In this document: positions 39,001 through 51,658 of the stretch, one piece after another
Layout of the letters: each line of letters starts with the position of its first letter
Position numbering within the stretch: position 1 is the first letter of the stretch
Source: Podarcis cretensis
Taxonomy: Eukaryota
NCBI GenBank assembly: GCA_951804945.1
Contig: OX638153.1
Location: 60,078,001-60,142,000 of the forward strand
DNA length: 64,000 bases
Direction of reading: 5' to 3'
Position numbers and translations under genes: made by a program
Notes under the pieces: model-generated
Databases searched by the model: none
Told to the model about the DNA's origin: nothing
What the model saw: the letters and a program-made list of their open reading frames with translations, nothing else

Positions 39001-39620
39001 TGATCGTTCGTTGGCACCTCTGCCATTAGCCAGCAAAAGAGCCGAGAACGTGTTTGATCCATCCCTCCCCGAAGTCGTTAGCTCCATCGCATTCATCGGG
39101 GGACACATCCTTCGCCTTTCTGTCAACTCTGCCCCCCCCCTTTTTGCTAAATTCGGATCTAGTCGGACCGTCCGGTGATGCGGATTAAAGTGCAACACTA
39201 ATGAAGATCGTGTGCCGGTTAAACGCTCTCAGGTCCTGCCCAGGGAGCCCCGCGTCTCGTCTCGTCTCCCCCCGACTCCCGCCAGCACCCGCCCTGCTCC
39301 CGGAGGCGCGAGAGCAGCTCGGCGCCCGTGCTCACCTTGACACAGTCCACCGGGTACATGAGGCTGTGCTCCAGCACCCCCGCCACAGCCCCTGCGAGCA
39401 TGTGGGTGGAGGCGGCGGAGCCCCGCGGGAGGGCCTCGTAGTCCGGCTCCGGGCCGGCCTCCGTGTCCGTGCCAGTCCCTCCCGCCCCGCCACCCCCCGC
39501 GGGCCACGCCCAACCCGCCCCTCCACCGTCGCCCCCGCCCAGCAGCAGGAGGAGCTGGCGGCCCGGCTCTGCCCCACCGCGCTGCCCGGGCCCCGCCGCG
39601 CCGCCCGCCCCGAGCTCCAT
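36061..39620 (-). CDS. SLC25A28: Mitoferrin-2 (mitochondrial iron carrier); complement(join(36061..36578,37147..37203,38383..38611,39336..39620)), 362 aa
   Basis: MELG start in strong Kozak context (GCCATGG); [24 protein letters not shown]|TRMQSLQP; carrier signatures [24 protein letters not shown]; ends [10 protein letters not shown]; all GT-AG junctions in frame (285+229+57+518=1089 nt). Confidence 0.97.
37461..37543. mobile_element. ~85-bp palindromic non-autonomous repeat (multi-copy family)
   Basis: TGCAATCCTAAC...GTTAGGATTGCA inverted ends with central gagtaagtcc-actgaa-ggacttactt; relatives at ~19710-19803, 27500-27575, 28587-28667, 41746-41818, 50895-50978, 55136-55224. Confidence 0.65.
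38220..38286 (+). mobile_element. RTE/BovB LINE extreme 3' fragment in SLC25A28 intron 2
   Basis: cctggcgtgctctggtccatggggtcacggacacgact resembles the BovB 3' end, with a (GAA)n tail and AAGAAAGAA on both flanks. Confidence 0.65.
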
Positions 39621-39629
39621 GGCACCGCC

Positions 39630-40520
39630 GTCGAGTCCGTTGCGGGCTGCACACTCGGTCCTGCGGCTCCCGCTCTGTCCGTCCCGCCCATGGATGTCAC
39701 TCATTGGCCGCGGACGGTTTTCGCGCCGCCCCGAGCCAATGTCCATTGGTAGGCTGCGACTCACGCTCTCTTCCATTGGCTAACGTCCGTCCTGTCTCCC
39801 GCCTATCCAGAGAGGATATTGGGCAATACCTCTTTGACCTTTCGTTCGTTCCTCACCCGATTGGCTACTTTTCCGCTTTATTCGAGATACGTGAGGAAAA
39901 GGAGAAAGGTATTGGCTACGATGCCTGCCGTTCAAACTGACAGGCTTGTAATAAGGCTGCGCAGTTTTCTATGGTGCGTGGGGTTTGTTTGTGGATGTTG
40001 GTTGGCTTGCTTTCAGTGATGACGTTGCCGTGGGAAGAATATGCCTGTACATTGGTGGACCAAACATGCAGTGTGAGAGTTGACTGGGGGCTGCGAATGG
40101 GCAACAGGGCGCCTGCGCGTTCCGGCGAAGACGAGGCCCACAAAAAAAAAAAGGAGGTGTACGTTGAAAAGCCACCCTTGGGCCTACGAATTGGGCAATA
40201 TACGCATGACGTAACGAAAACCCGCCCGAATAGCCCTCGCCGGGTTGGCCCAGAGCTTGTGACGTGTTGGAAATTACTGAATGACACTTGAGGAGAGTAT
40301 CGGGTCCCGTCCTGGAAAGCGCGGCGTGCCCTTCGGAAAGCGCAGCTGGTTGGCTGCCCGCCGCGGGAGGCGGAGCCCAGGCCGACTCGGTTCCGTTGCG
40401 TCAACCTTACCCGAGCTCTGCCATTGGCTGCCGCCCAGCCCGGTCGCCCTGGGGACGTGGCTGGAGCAAAGGGCCGACGAAGTCGTGGCGCCGGACGGCG
40501 AGCGCGGGGCGAAGGAAGCG
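39630..40520. promoter_or_regulatory. CpG-island bidirectional promoter shared by SLC25A28 (-) and ENTPD7 (+), including the probable non-coding ENTPD7 exon 1 ending at 40520
   Basis: Head-to-head genes; CpG-rich; ten CCAAT/ATTGG pentamers, CRE-like TGACGT sites and GC boxes; strong donor G|gtaagt at 40521; next acceptor ttttcag at 40777. Confidence 0.8.
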
Positions 40521-40871
40521 GTAAGTCGGGCTCTCCGGGGAAGCGGGGGGAATGAGCGCTGCCTGTGTGGAAGGGGAACCGCGGCACTGCCGGGCGGAGG
40601 AGCCTGCTCTGCGGCCAGAGGCGCGCCTCTCTCTCTGTGAAGCTGATCTCAGCATGGGATGAAATGTGGAGCATTAATTGACGGACCAATTTTGTGGCCC
40701 TTTCAGGGGGTAGAGGCGGGAAGGTCGTCGGCGCTGATCCCTGGTTTAACCACTCCGTCTCTTCCTTCCTTTTTCAGGGTCCAGGATCATCCCGCAACTT
40801 GGAGGAGCCGAAAGAGATGCTACTTCCTCCTGGGACCCGCACTGGAAGCTGACAGACTGCGGGGCGAGCAC

Positions 40872-43800
40872 ATGGCCAGGTGAGGTGATGGGATCGCGGG
40901 TCCCACTACGAATTGCCCACACGGTCTCCTTTGCCAGCTTCCTCCTCCTCCTCCTCCTCCTCCTCGTCGTACCCCGTGGGCGTGGGCTGCTTCCCGGCTG
41001 CTAGGCAGGGCGGTGGCGACCTTGATGCCACTGGAAGAGCAGGTGCGCTGTGGGAGCCTTGGGGCCTGGAGTTTGAGACCCCTGACCCACAAGCGCAGGG
41101 GGAGACCAACAAAGAAATGGAAGGATCTCAACAAAGAACTCTTGATCTGAAAACCAGATATAGCCCAGCACTGATCTGGGTTCGAGGTTGCTTGTTGATT
41201 GGCATGGCTTTGGGACAGGGGTTTTGCATTTAGAACAGCTTTGCTGCAGGGATTCTTCCTGAAAGCTTTGGCGTTGCCTTTTGATTTGTGCTCATGGCAC
41301 GATCTTCTCTTGCCGCTCAGAGATTGGGATACACACAGCGTTATCTACCCTTCTCTTCTGCTCCCTTTCCCCTGATGACCCTAGTTACAGTGACGCTGTC
41401 AGCCTCTTCCCTTGCTCCCTCTGTGAGGCTGGTATGTCTTAAAAACCTCTGCTGTTACAGCCAACCTGGCTAGCAGCCACTTAAGTTCAAAGATCACAGC
41501 TTGGTGCTAATCGGTGCAGGGTAGAAGGGCAGCCTGAGTGTTTCCACGTGGTCTCTGCAGAGTATCTGTGATTGTTTCCCAGCACTTTAACCCCATTATT
41601 ATTCAAGTCCCAAATGAATGGTTGGGAAAGGGGAAGTGGGAACGAAGAACAGAGTAGCAGAGGCTCACCTGCAAGTTAGGAAAGATTGAAAATGTGCAAT
41701 GCACCCATCGTGTGTGCCCTTCCACAAAGATGTGTTAATGATTATGGCTGCAATCCCAGGGAGTAAGCCCAGTGAATATAGTAGGATGTACTTCTGAATG
41801 AACATGCATAGGCTTGCATTGTTGGTGATTAATTGCAAACTATTGCTAGCTGACTCTGTTGGCTTGTTTAGATGCAAGGTTGCCAATGCCGTTAAAATGT
41901 CCTTTTAAGACTGCAGTACTCCGTACTCACATGGGTCCCATCTGCTCCTTGTTACATTCCCAGCTGCTTTAGAAGAAGGATCCTCCTGTACCAAACTTCC
42001 AGCTGTAGGCTATGCTGGTTTAGCTGTGTATGTTGGAAGCTTCAGCACTTGGATTTCTAAGATCATTTTGTTGGCAAGGACCTGTGGATGACTGATGAGG
42101 CTTTGCTAGACGTTTAACAACTGTTTAATCTGATTTTCCCCTTCTTCCAGGATCAGTTTTTCCTGTCTGTGTCCAGCATCTTGGCACTTCACAGTGCCTT
42201 CAGTGAGCCTTTGTCTCCGTCAGCGGCTGGGCCTGCTGGGCCTCTTAGTTGCAGCCAGTATTTTGCTGTTTGTGGGAATCACAAATCTATGGCATTGGAA
42301 AACTAGTTCTCGGGACTGGAAGTCTGAAAGGTGGGTGAATGTGACTGCACTGGCATGAAGCATGCTGGGATAAGACAAAAAGATGCTTTCAAAGGAGTCA
42401 GTCAACTTCCATTGCTTGTATTTCCAAGTTAGCTAAGCTTTAGCAAAGCATTCTAAATTAATTGCTTCTGAAATGGCTTGTTCATATAGGCGAAAAGGCC
42501 ACTTTGTACCCTACAAAACGCTTAGAGAGATTAGTTAAGAATACGGCACAGTACTGCTCTGAGACAGCTAGGGCAGCCAACAGACTTCTGAAAAACAGTA
42601 TGTTCTAAAGTAAGGTACAGCAGCACAAAATACCTTTTTTGCACATCTTTGTGAGATAAAGCCAGATATAATTATTTTTTTTCCTGCTCTAAAATAGAGG
42701 AGAGCTGCAGGAAATGAAATGGGTTTAAGGAAGCAATTGTCCAGCAAGACAAATTAGTTTATGCATGAAATAAAACCAACCCTAAAGGAAAGTGCTACGC
42801 TGTATGGCGTATATTAGGTGTCTTCAGGGTCAGAAAGTACTGTGTGCCTTTTAATCAAAGCTAAGATTATTCTGTACTTTGGGTGTTGTTGGACTCCCAG
42901 ATCCCATCATGCCTAGCCAACATGACCAATAGCTGGGGATGATGGGAACTGAAGTTCATCAACATATGGAGAGCCAAGGGTAGCTACCCCTGCTCTAGAT
43001 GTTGGACTACAAGGCTCATTGTTCCTGACAATTTACAATGGTCACTGTTACTAACAGGAGCTGGGAGTCCTAACACCACCTGGTGGGGGGGGACAGGTTC
43101 CTCACCCTTGCTATACATGCTACACATAATGTAGAATCTGGTTTCCTGGGGAAAGGGGGGGGGAGGGGAGAGTTAGTGGCACCAAACAAGGTGGCAGTTT
43201 CTATGGCACACAAAGTCCTTCTATCCCCCTCCTTTCCCCTCTGTTCTTCTACGATCTTGGTCTTGGGTTACAAAATTGGGCATATATTTCTGCATTTTTT
43301 GTGTAACACAAATATAGCAGTAGAAAGGGAGATGCTTGATGGAAAAAACTGCAGAGGAAATGGCAGGGCGTATTTCACAGTTCCCATCCAACAACAAAAT
43401 GGGAGTGATGGGAAGAAGCCACATGGACTGAGTTCAGCTGGCATTTCCCCACCAACAAAGGCTGAAGCCCTTTTAAGCTGGAGGGGGAGGAGGAAGATGC
43501 TGTGCTAGTCCTGCTGGGCAGTGCTTTCACAGGGCTTCTGTTGGCGCTCTTCATTTAGTGAAATGTTGGGAATGAAGGACTGTCAGCGTGTCAACATAGG
43601 AACCCAAGGTTTAACTGCTGGGAAGTCCCAAATTTTGCCCTTAAATGATTCCCAACCCACACATATAATGCTCTTCAGTATGTTTGCACAGGGACTGGCA
43701 ATTCTGCTGCCAATTGGTGTTCTGCAATTGGAAAGTGTGAGGTATCTGGCACAGAAGCAGTTGCTTGAACTGGTTTGCCCACCACCTTTTACACAGTCCC

Positions 43801-44980
43801 TCTTTGGGTATTCAGGCTTCACATGTAAGCAAAAATGTGAGGAGAAGCTGGAGAACTGTGCTGCCAACCCCTCTCCACAGCATCATCTGTACAAAGTTCA
43901 GAGCTTTCTCTCTCTCTCTCTTTCTCTCTCTGTGTGTGAAGTCCTGATTTAGCAGACTTCTAAATCGCACAAGGAACTGCCATGAGGAGAAGAGGCTTCC
44001 CACTTCAGACACCTCACTTTTCCCTATACCCACTCCTCTTAAGATGAGTAAAATTTCAAAATGACTAGATGTGTGAGTTGAAGTATTAACACCAGTCTGC
44101 TGTTCCTAAAGAAAGGAAGTTGTCAATAAATATAACACCAGAGAGATAGGAAAGCATAAAAGACAACAAGCAACTCGTAAAGAAAACAAAAGGTAAAAAC
44201 AACAACAACAAAACTTCTTAACATTACTAACTGGTTCTTCATTGGTGCTAAATATGCTGGGCAGATTACTAAGAATTAAAAATTACTAAACTAGGAAGTA
44301 ATTATTTACATTTCTGTTCATAAGATGACAAGGAACAGTTCTTTAAGTCAAGGATGAAAGCTGATGATTTTCCATAGGCAATACTGCCTGTCCCCCAGAT
44401 GTATCTTAAGAAATGAGGGGATAGTTTTAAGATTCTAAGTTAGGATCCCCCAATCTGAACCAGACTTCTCATGGTCTGCTGGAAAATGACAGTACTTCTT
44501 CTGAAGCCATAATTTTATTTGATATGCTAAAGAGGGTCTCTCCAGCTGCGGTTCTTTATAAGATTAACAAGTCTAGACTTGTTGATGTTATCACTTTAAA
44601 ATGGGCCATTAAGATAAAGGTAGGGTAAATGTTTTGGCAAAAGCCAGCTATTTGCATTTGACAACCACCTTAAACAAGTCATTTTCAGACCAAAGGAGAG
44701 ATTGGTAATTACTTTTAAATTCACATTTCCTCTAAACTATACATTCACATTGTATACATTCTCTCAGCTTCCCTTATGGCTGGTAGCAACTTGCCTTTAA
44801 TTTTAAAAGGGCATTTCTGCTGCAGCTTTTGTTTGCATAATATCCAGTAACATCCAGCATTTATTTGCATAACATCCTGCAGTAATTATATTTATTAATT
44901 ATGGAATGTATATCCTGCTTTTCTTTCATCGTGGAACTCAAGGTGGCATATATAGGAATCCAAGGTGAGCCCATCCTGGC

Positions 44981-45029
<49 letters not shown>

Positions 45030-48000
45030 CCCTGCTCATCTGGCTGGGTTACCCCAGCCATTCATCAGATGCACACCAGCTTACCTTCAGCAGGTTCATT
45101 GCTGGACTTGGGACCAATGCTTGTGCCTCTTCTTTCAAGAGCAGAGCTGATCCTACAAGATGCATTTAGCTGCATGGCTTTTATTTTTTCAATGTGATGT
45201 GGATTGGACAGAACTTTCTTGTTGGGACAGACTACCAATTACTGTACTCAAATAATGTGACATTCAATGGCTCCTCTAGAACTCAGACCCTGATAAACTT
45301 CTTGTCCCACCTGACACAGTTCAGAGGGCCTGGCACTGCCTCAGCCATGGTAGTCCTACCACATGGCAGGCCTTGGGTCTTCCTGCTTCTCCTCTTCCTT
45401 TGCCCTTTCCTCCTTCCATGAATGCTGATTAACAGATGTAAACAAAGACTGATATAGTGGCTTATGCCTCAACTTTTGTGACCTGACCTGTCTGTGATAG
45501 GTCTGGCTTCTCCTCCCTCTTGGATTAGATGCAATTGTATCTGTGCATCTCTTGGCTCCTGTGTCCATGGGGAAATCCAACTGGAATACTTGGGGTGGTG
45601 CGTGGCATTTGTGAGAGCTGCTGCTCTAGCTGAGTGCCCAGGGAATCTATGCCCTCTTCTGCAAAAGTCAGGATGTTGGAACATTTGGCCCTGTGGCAGT
45701 TGGCCGTGGGATGGCCTTCTTCAAACCCTTGCTTTGTTCCACCGCTGCTGCTGCTGGGTGGGGGAAGCAGCAGAGGCTGTGCTGACTGAGCCAGAATTTC
45801 CTTCAGTGCAAGAAAGGGGAGCAGGATCAATAAAAACTGTGGTGGCATGAATTCTCTGTCTAATGGATCTGCAAAACCCACTAATTTGGTTAGCTTTCTT
45901 CTTAATGGCTGGACATGGTGTGGTCTCTCAGTCCTGTTTTCTGATTGCACCGATGAAATGGCACAAAGTGGGTAGGTTGGGATGTCTGCTTCAGTTCTCT
46001 GGTTCCTGGGGAGCTGAATCCAGTGCCTAAGGGGATTCCAATAACTTTCATCTGGTTTCTAGAAGGGGGAACGAGAGCCTCCGCAGGGACTAGATGCACA
46101 TGCTGGGTCAGCATCGCTTGAAGCATTTATGGAGAAGTGATATAGGCATTTTGTGTTCCTGTAATTCCTGTTATTGCTGTAGTGCAATAATAGACAGCCT
46201 CTGAAAGAGCAGAGCAGGCGTTTTATGGAATGCTGGATCTGCCTTTTTATTTTCTTTTAGGGGTGTGAAGACTGGTCTGGTCTCTAACTCTTAACTCCAA
46301 ATCTTCCTCATTCCCCTTGCAGGTACCTGGAACGGTTTCATACCTTGGAGGCAACGGACACAAATAACCCATCTCTGAATTACGGGGTGGTTATTGATTG
46401 CGGGAGCAGCGGGTCCCGAGTCTTTGTATACTTTTGGCCACCACACAATGGGAATCCGCACGACCTGCTGGACATCCGGCAGATGCGAGACCGTAACGGC
46501 CAGCCTGTTGTCAAGAAGATCAAGCCAGGTTTGGATATTTCCAAATGCCTTTTTTGTTGGTGGCTGTGAACCCACAAGCACCAAGCACCTGGAGGTGGGC
46601 AGAGTTGTTCTGTAGAGATGGCAGCTGAGGGAATATTCCCTTTTCATTGTACAGGGATCTCTACTCTGGCAGCCACTCCAGACAAAGCTAGTGACTACAT
46701 CAGGCCGCTGCTCAGCTTTGCTGCTGCCTATGTGCCCAGTACCAAGCACAAGGAGACTCCCCTCTACATTTTGTGTACTGCAGGAATGAGACTGCTGCCT
46801 GACTGGTGAGTGAGCTATATTTTTCCAAGACCTGAGCAGAGTAGGCTTGGGACTGGGGAGCAGGAAGTGCCGGGCCTCTTGGAGCTACAGATGGACTTGC
46901 ATCCTGAAGTGGAAAGGGACAGGGTGTGGGGTGTATCTTCACTGTAGCAGTCAAATACAACATTTCCTGTTTCCTAGAGTGGACACACAGGGGAATGTTG
47001 CTCCAGACAGGGAGGATTTCCTGTCATACCTGCTCTGGAGCATCCTCCCCCTGTGTGCGACCAGGTAGATGGGTGTGACCCTAGCAGACCCTATAAAAGG
47101 GCCAGTCACGCAGCCATCTTCCTCTTTTGCTGCTCTTTTGCGACTCCTCTGCTGGCTCTTAGCCAGCAGCACATGGCTCATTCTTACAGAGGATGGAAGC
47201 CACAAGGTAGAAAGTCTGAGGCCTAGCTCAGACTTCTTTTCTCTACAACTGTAACTGTGACTACAAAATAAAGCCTGCCTTCAGGACAATACTGTGAACT
47301 GAATGTAAGTAAACTTTATCATTACTTTTAAAAGAAGACTGTCATGTCATTATTCTTTTTATGAGGGAACTAAAGGGGAAATTTACCAGGAACAATCCAA
47401 TCTGGACAAGCCAGACTGGATTGCTCAATTCAAATGATTCTAACAAATCCATCAACTAGCTTACAGCAATGTGCAAGGGAATGTGCTCTGCTACTACTAC
47501 TAATAGTAATAATTTATTATTTCTACCCGCCCATCTGGCTGGGTTTCCCCACCCACTCTGGGTGGCTTTCAACAGAACATTAAAAACAGAATAAAACTTC
47601 AGACATTAAAAACTTCCCTAAACAGGGCTGCCTTCAGATGTCAAGGTGTTCCACTGGGTGGGCACCACTACCGAGAAGGCCCTCTTCCTGGTTCCCTGTA
47701 ACCTCACTTCTTGCAGTGAGGGAACCGCCAGAAGGCCCTCGGCGCTGGACCTCATTGTCCGGGCTGAACGATGGGGGTGGAGACTAGCTCACTAACGTGA
47801 GTGAGGAAGGATAATATTTAATCAATATATCCTCTCCTACTATCCACAACATTCCCACACAGGGTTCCCTAACTTGATAGTGAGCAATGGGTCATCTCCA
47901 CCCCAGGTGGACTAAAAATTAAGTCCTGCTTTTGAAGTTGTTGTGGGTGTTGGCAAATTTGTGGCAGGAAAGAGACCAAGTGAAAAGGGTGACTTGCACA

Positions 48001-48460
48001 GGGAGACAAAAGGATGGGATTTTGAAATGAGGTCAAGTCTGCTGTTTAGACATCTTGACCATTCGGCAAAGGAGCAGTGGAGAGGGGGGTCATTATATTT
48101 CAGTACAAAGAAAGGGAAGTTGCTCAGTTTGTCTGCTTGTGGATCTTCACAGGCAGCAGACGGCCATCCTGGCAGACCTGGTGAAGGATGTGCCCTTGGA
48201 ATTTGATTTCCTCTTCTCAGAATCACAGGCAGAAGTGATCTCTGGGAAGCAAGAAGGTAGGTGTTGGGCCAGAAAGGCTCGCTCACTCCATCATCACTGT
48301 GATGAGGCTGCATTTTAATGTTTCAATATTTTAATGCTGTATTTTAATCTTGTTTTTAAGTTGTATTCATTCAACTTGTTTTTATTATTGCTTGTTAGCT
48401 GCCCTGAGCCCGGCCTTGGCTGGGGCGGGCGATGTATAAATAAATAAATAAATTATTATT

Positions 48461-48493
<33 letters not shown>

Positions 48494-51400
48494 TTAGGGA
48501 GTTTGGCAAAGGGTGAAGGGAGAGAGGGGGGAAGGTAGGTAGTGAGGCAGCACTGCGCAGGATCTGGGGGCTTAGCTAGCTGTTACACCAGCTTAACTTG
48601 CTGTTGGCGGTGCCTGTCCCTTGGGGTTGTTCCCTCCCCTCAAACTTCACAGGGTGCTACTCAAGTCCTGTACCTTCAAGGAACCCAAAACTGCTTTTGA
48701 TTCTCTTTCTCCCCCACCCCCACCCCCCAATTTCCCAGGAGTCTATTCTTGGATAGGCATCAACTTTGTATTGGGAAGATTTGACCACGAAGAAGGTGAG
48801 ACTGCGGGAAAGGGACAGTGGAGTTGAATGGGTAGGTAGAAGTTTTCTCTTTTGGCTCAGTTCCCTCTTGAGGGAGGGAATCTCCAGCACAGTTTGCTCG
48901 ATTCCCAGCAGGAATGGAGATTTGGCTTTCCCACATGACCTGAACTAAGGCCCCTTCCCATTCTGCAGTTTAGCAGGAGTGAAGGTGAGCAAGAGAGACT
49001 AGAGCGGATCCCCACTTCTTCCCTAACTTCTGCCCCCCCCCCGCCCCCCAAACCCTAGACATTTCTAGTGTTCAGCCTAAGAAGTATGGGGATGTGCCAT
49101 CTTCCATCTCCATTGCTTTGGAAACTCACTCTTTCTCTTTCTCTTTCTCTTTCTCTTTCTCTTTCTCTTTCTCTTTCTCTTTCTCTCCCTCCCTCTGGGA
49201 TTGTAGAGGAAGATGCAGTGATTTCTGTGACCCTGGCTGGCCAGGAAGAAACCCTGGTGCGAAAGAGGACTGTTGGGATCCTTGACATGGGAGGTGCCTC
49301 TCTGCAAATCGCCTATGAGGTGCCGACTTCCACGTCCTTCTCTTCCCCGCAGGAGGTGTGTAGTTTGGGAAGGAAATATGTGCTATGGTCCAGGTTGGGC
49401 ACTGTTTCTTACTCCTGCTCTCCCCCCCCCCCCCCGCCACTCTCCCCTCTGCTACCGACAGGAGGAAGCTGCCAAGAGCCTGCTTGCTGATTTCAACCTT
49501 GGCTGTGACATGCAACACACGAAGCACGTGTACCGAGTCTACGTCAGCACCTTCCTGGGCTTTGGGGGCAACTACGCCCGGCAGCGCTATGAAGAGCTGG
49601 TGCTGAATCAGACCACCACCCGCAACAGGTGATGTCCTCATGCTGCCAGGTTTCAAAAGGTCTGGCTAAAGGCAGCTCTGGATTCCACTGCCCCCAGGAG
49701 TTCAAGGTGTGGCATCCTGGGAGAGGGTGTGTGTTTATTTGTAGGAGGCAGGCTCCCTGAGTGATGAGATCAATGGGAGAAGTTTTTGATGGTCCGTATG
49801 CATACCTCTAGCCTGTTTCGGGGTGGCACAGAAGAACTCACTGATCATAACTTGCCGCTGGGGATGTCTGTGTTTTCCCAACCCTGAAGCTTACGCTCTC
49901 GTTGCAGGTTGCAGGGTGAGCAGCTTGGCGCAAATGCTGGGGTGCCCGTCTTGGACCCCTGCCTGCCTGTGGGACTGGAGGATGTTGTGGAGCATGGCGG
50001 ACAGACCCTGCACATCAAGGGCCAGGGGGACTGGCAGTCGTGCGCGAAGCAAGTGCGCCTCCTGCTGGCGGGAGACAACAGAACCACGGTGTCTCTGCGC
50101 AACACCTATCAGGCACCAATTGACTTTGTTAACAGCGAATTCTATGGGTTCTCTGAATTCTACTACTGCACCGAAGATGTGCTGCGCCTGGGAGGACTGT
50201 ACCACATGCCCACGTTCACACGCGCTGCCCAGGTGACTCTAGAATATGTGATCACTTTGCCAGGATAGGGGGTGTTGTTTCTGTGCCCACTCATGTCTTT
50301 TGCCTCCTTCCAGGATTTTTGCAGCCTGAGCTGGTCCTTATTGACCCAGAGGTTCCGAGACCACCTATACTCAGCACATGCAGATCTGCACCGTGTCAAG
50401 TAAGAATACATTCTTCCTTTTCACAGAGAATGTGCTTGGTCCTCAACTCTTCTTCCATGGACGGTGAAGGGGTGGGGGTAAGATTGCCCCCCAGCAGTCT
50501 TCTCAACTGATGAGCCTCAGTCCAGCGTATTTGTGATTGAGTCTCTATGCTCTGCTTGCAGGTACCAGTGCTTTAAATCAGCATGGATGCACCAAGTCCT
50601 ACACGAAGGCTTTCATTTCCCCAAGGATTATTCTGGTCTGCGCACAGCCCAGTTGGTGTATGATCGTGAGGTACAATGGACACTGGGAGCCATTCTCTAT
50701 AAAACTCGCTTTCTGCCACTCAGGTAACCTAAATTGCTGCCCACTACATGTTTTCTCATCTTAAGAGTGGTAGAGTTCTTTTGCTTACTTCAGAATCAGT
50801 CTTTCAAACAAGGTCTTCAGTAAAGAACTGGACCATGGCACTTGACTAGGAGTAAAATGCCTGTTTTCTAGCCCTAATTAGAGTGTTCAGTCATCTTAAT
50901 ATGTGAACTTGGGAGTAAGCCTCACAGAGTTCAACATGAGGAGGGCTTACTCTCAATAAGTATGCATAGGATTGAGCTTGAAACATGGAGGAGTTGAGTA
51001 CTCTGTGTTTAGTCTGAAGTTGCATTTTTTTAAACTTGAGAAAGCAAGTGATCTGCCAGCAGTGCTTTTCTGAAAAAAAACAGAGGAGAAAGCAGAGGCA
51101 TGCAGAGACCTGGTATGTTTTTAAGAGGTACCTAAAGGAGAGACATTAAATGCACCCTCAATGAAGCACAGAGCCTGCGTGAAAAGGAAGTTGATCCTTT
51201 ATCAGTAGGCAACATGCTGTCTTAAACCGTTAAAAAACTAAACCTATGTTTTTGACACCTCTCATCTATTTACAAATGGTCTGTAGGGCATAGGCCTGAG
51301 AAAAGCCAGGTATTTGGGAATCATACTTAACTGCAGTATCTGGAATGCTTCTGTCTGCTAGTTGCAAGAGATTCAAGCTTAGCGCAGCTTCACATTTTAA

Positions 51401-51658
51401 CTTCAGACTGATTTTTCTTTGTTTTTCAGGGATCTCCGCCAGGAGAGCATCCACCAACCTCGCAGCCCTTGGCTCCGTCTCTCCTTTGTTTATAACCACT
51501 ACCTTTTCTTTGTGTGCATTCTTGTGGTGATGCTTGCAATTGGACTCTACCTCTTCCGTCTGCGCCGCATCCACCAGAAGCAGTTGCACGTGGCACAGCT
51601 GGACCTGCTGTGGCTAGCAGAAGTGGTGCCGCTGCCAGCACAGGAGGCAGCCTCCTGA
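40872..51658 (+). CDS. ENTPD7: Ectonucleoside triphosphate diphosphohydrolase 7 (LALP1); join(40872..40879,42151..42330,46323..46528,46655..46805,48153..48256,48739..48795,49207..49355,49462..49628,49908..50232,50314..50399,50562..50723,51430..51658), 607 aa
   Basis: MAR|ISFSCLCPASW N-terminus; apyrase conserved regions DCGSSGSR, LCTAGMRLL, KQEGVYSWIGINF, DMGGASLQ, WTLG; N- and C-terminal TM helices; all GT-AG junctions phase-consistent, total 1824 nt. Confidence 0.96.
44981..45028. repeat. (AAT)n microsatellite
   Basis: Direct reading. Confidence 0.95.
46996..47475 (+). mobile_element. Probable solo LTR in an ENTPD7 intron
   Basis: TG...CA ends with GGGGAA/AGGGAA flanks, TATAAAA (47092-47098), AATAAA (47267-47272) and three short hairpins. 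Confidence 0.5.
49129..49186. repeat. (CTCTTT)n hexamer microsatellite
   Basis: Direct reading; lies just upstream of the ENTPD7 acceptor at 49206. Confidence 0.95.

Noticed and set aside
39621-39776. In-frame N-terminal extension of SLC25A28 from upstream ATGs (39704, 39746, 39776)
   Set aside because: These ATGs are by-products of CCAATG boxes in the promoter, likely upstream of the TSS; MELG at 39620 matches the ortholog start and has a strong Kozak context
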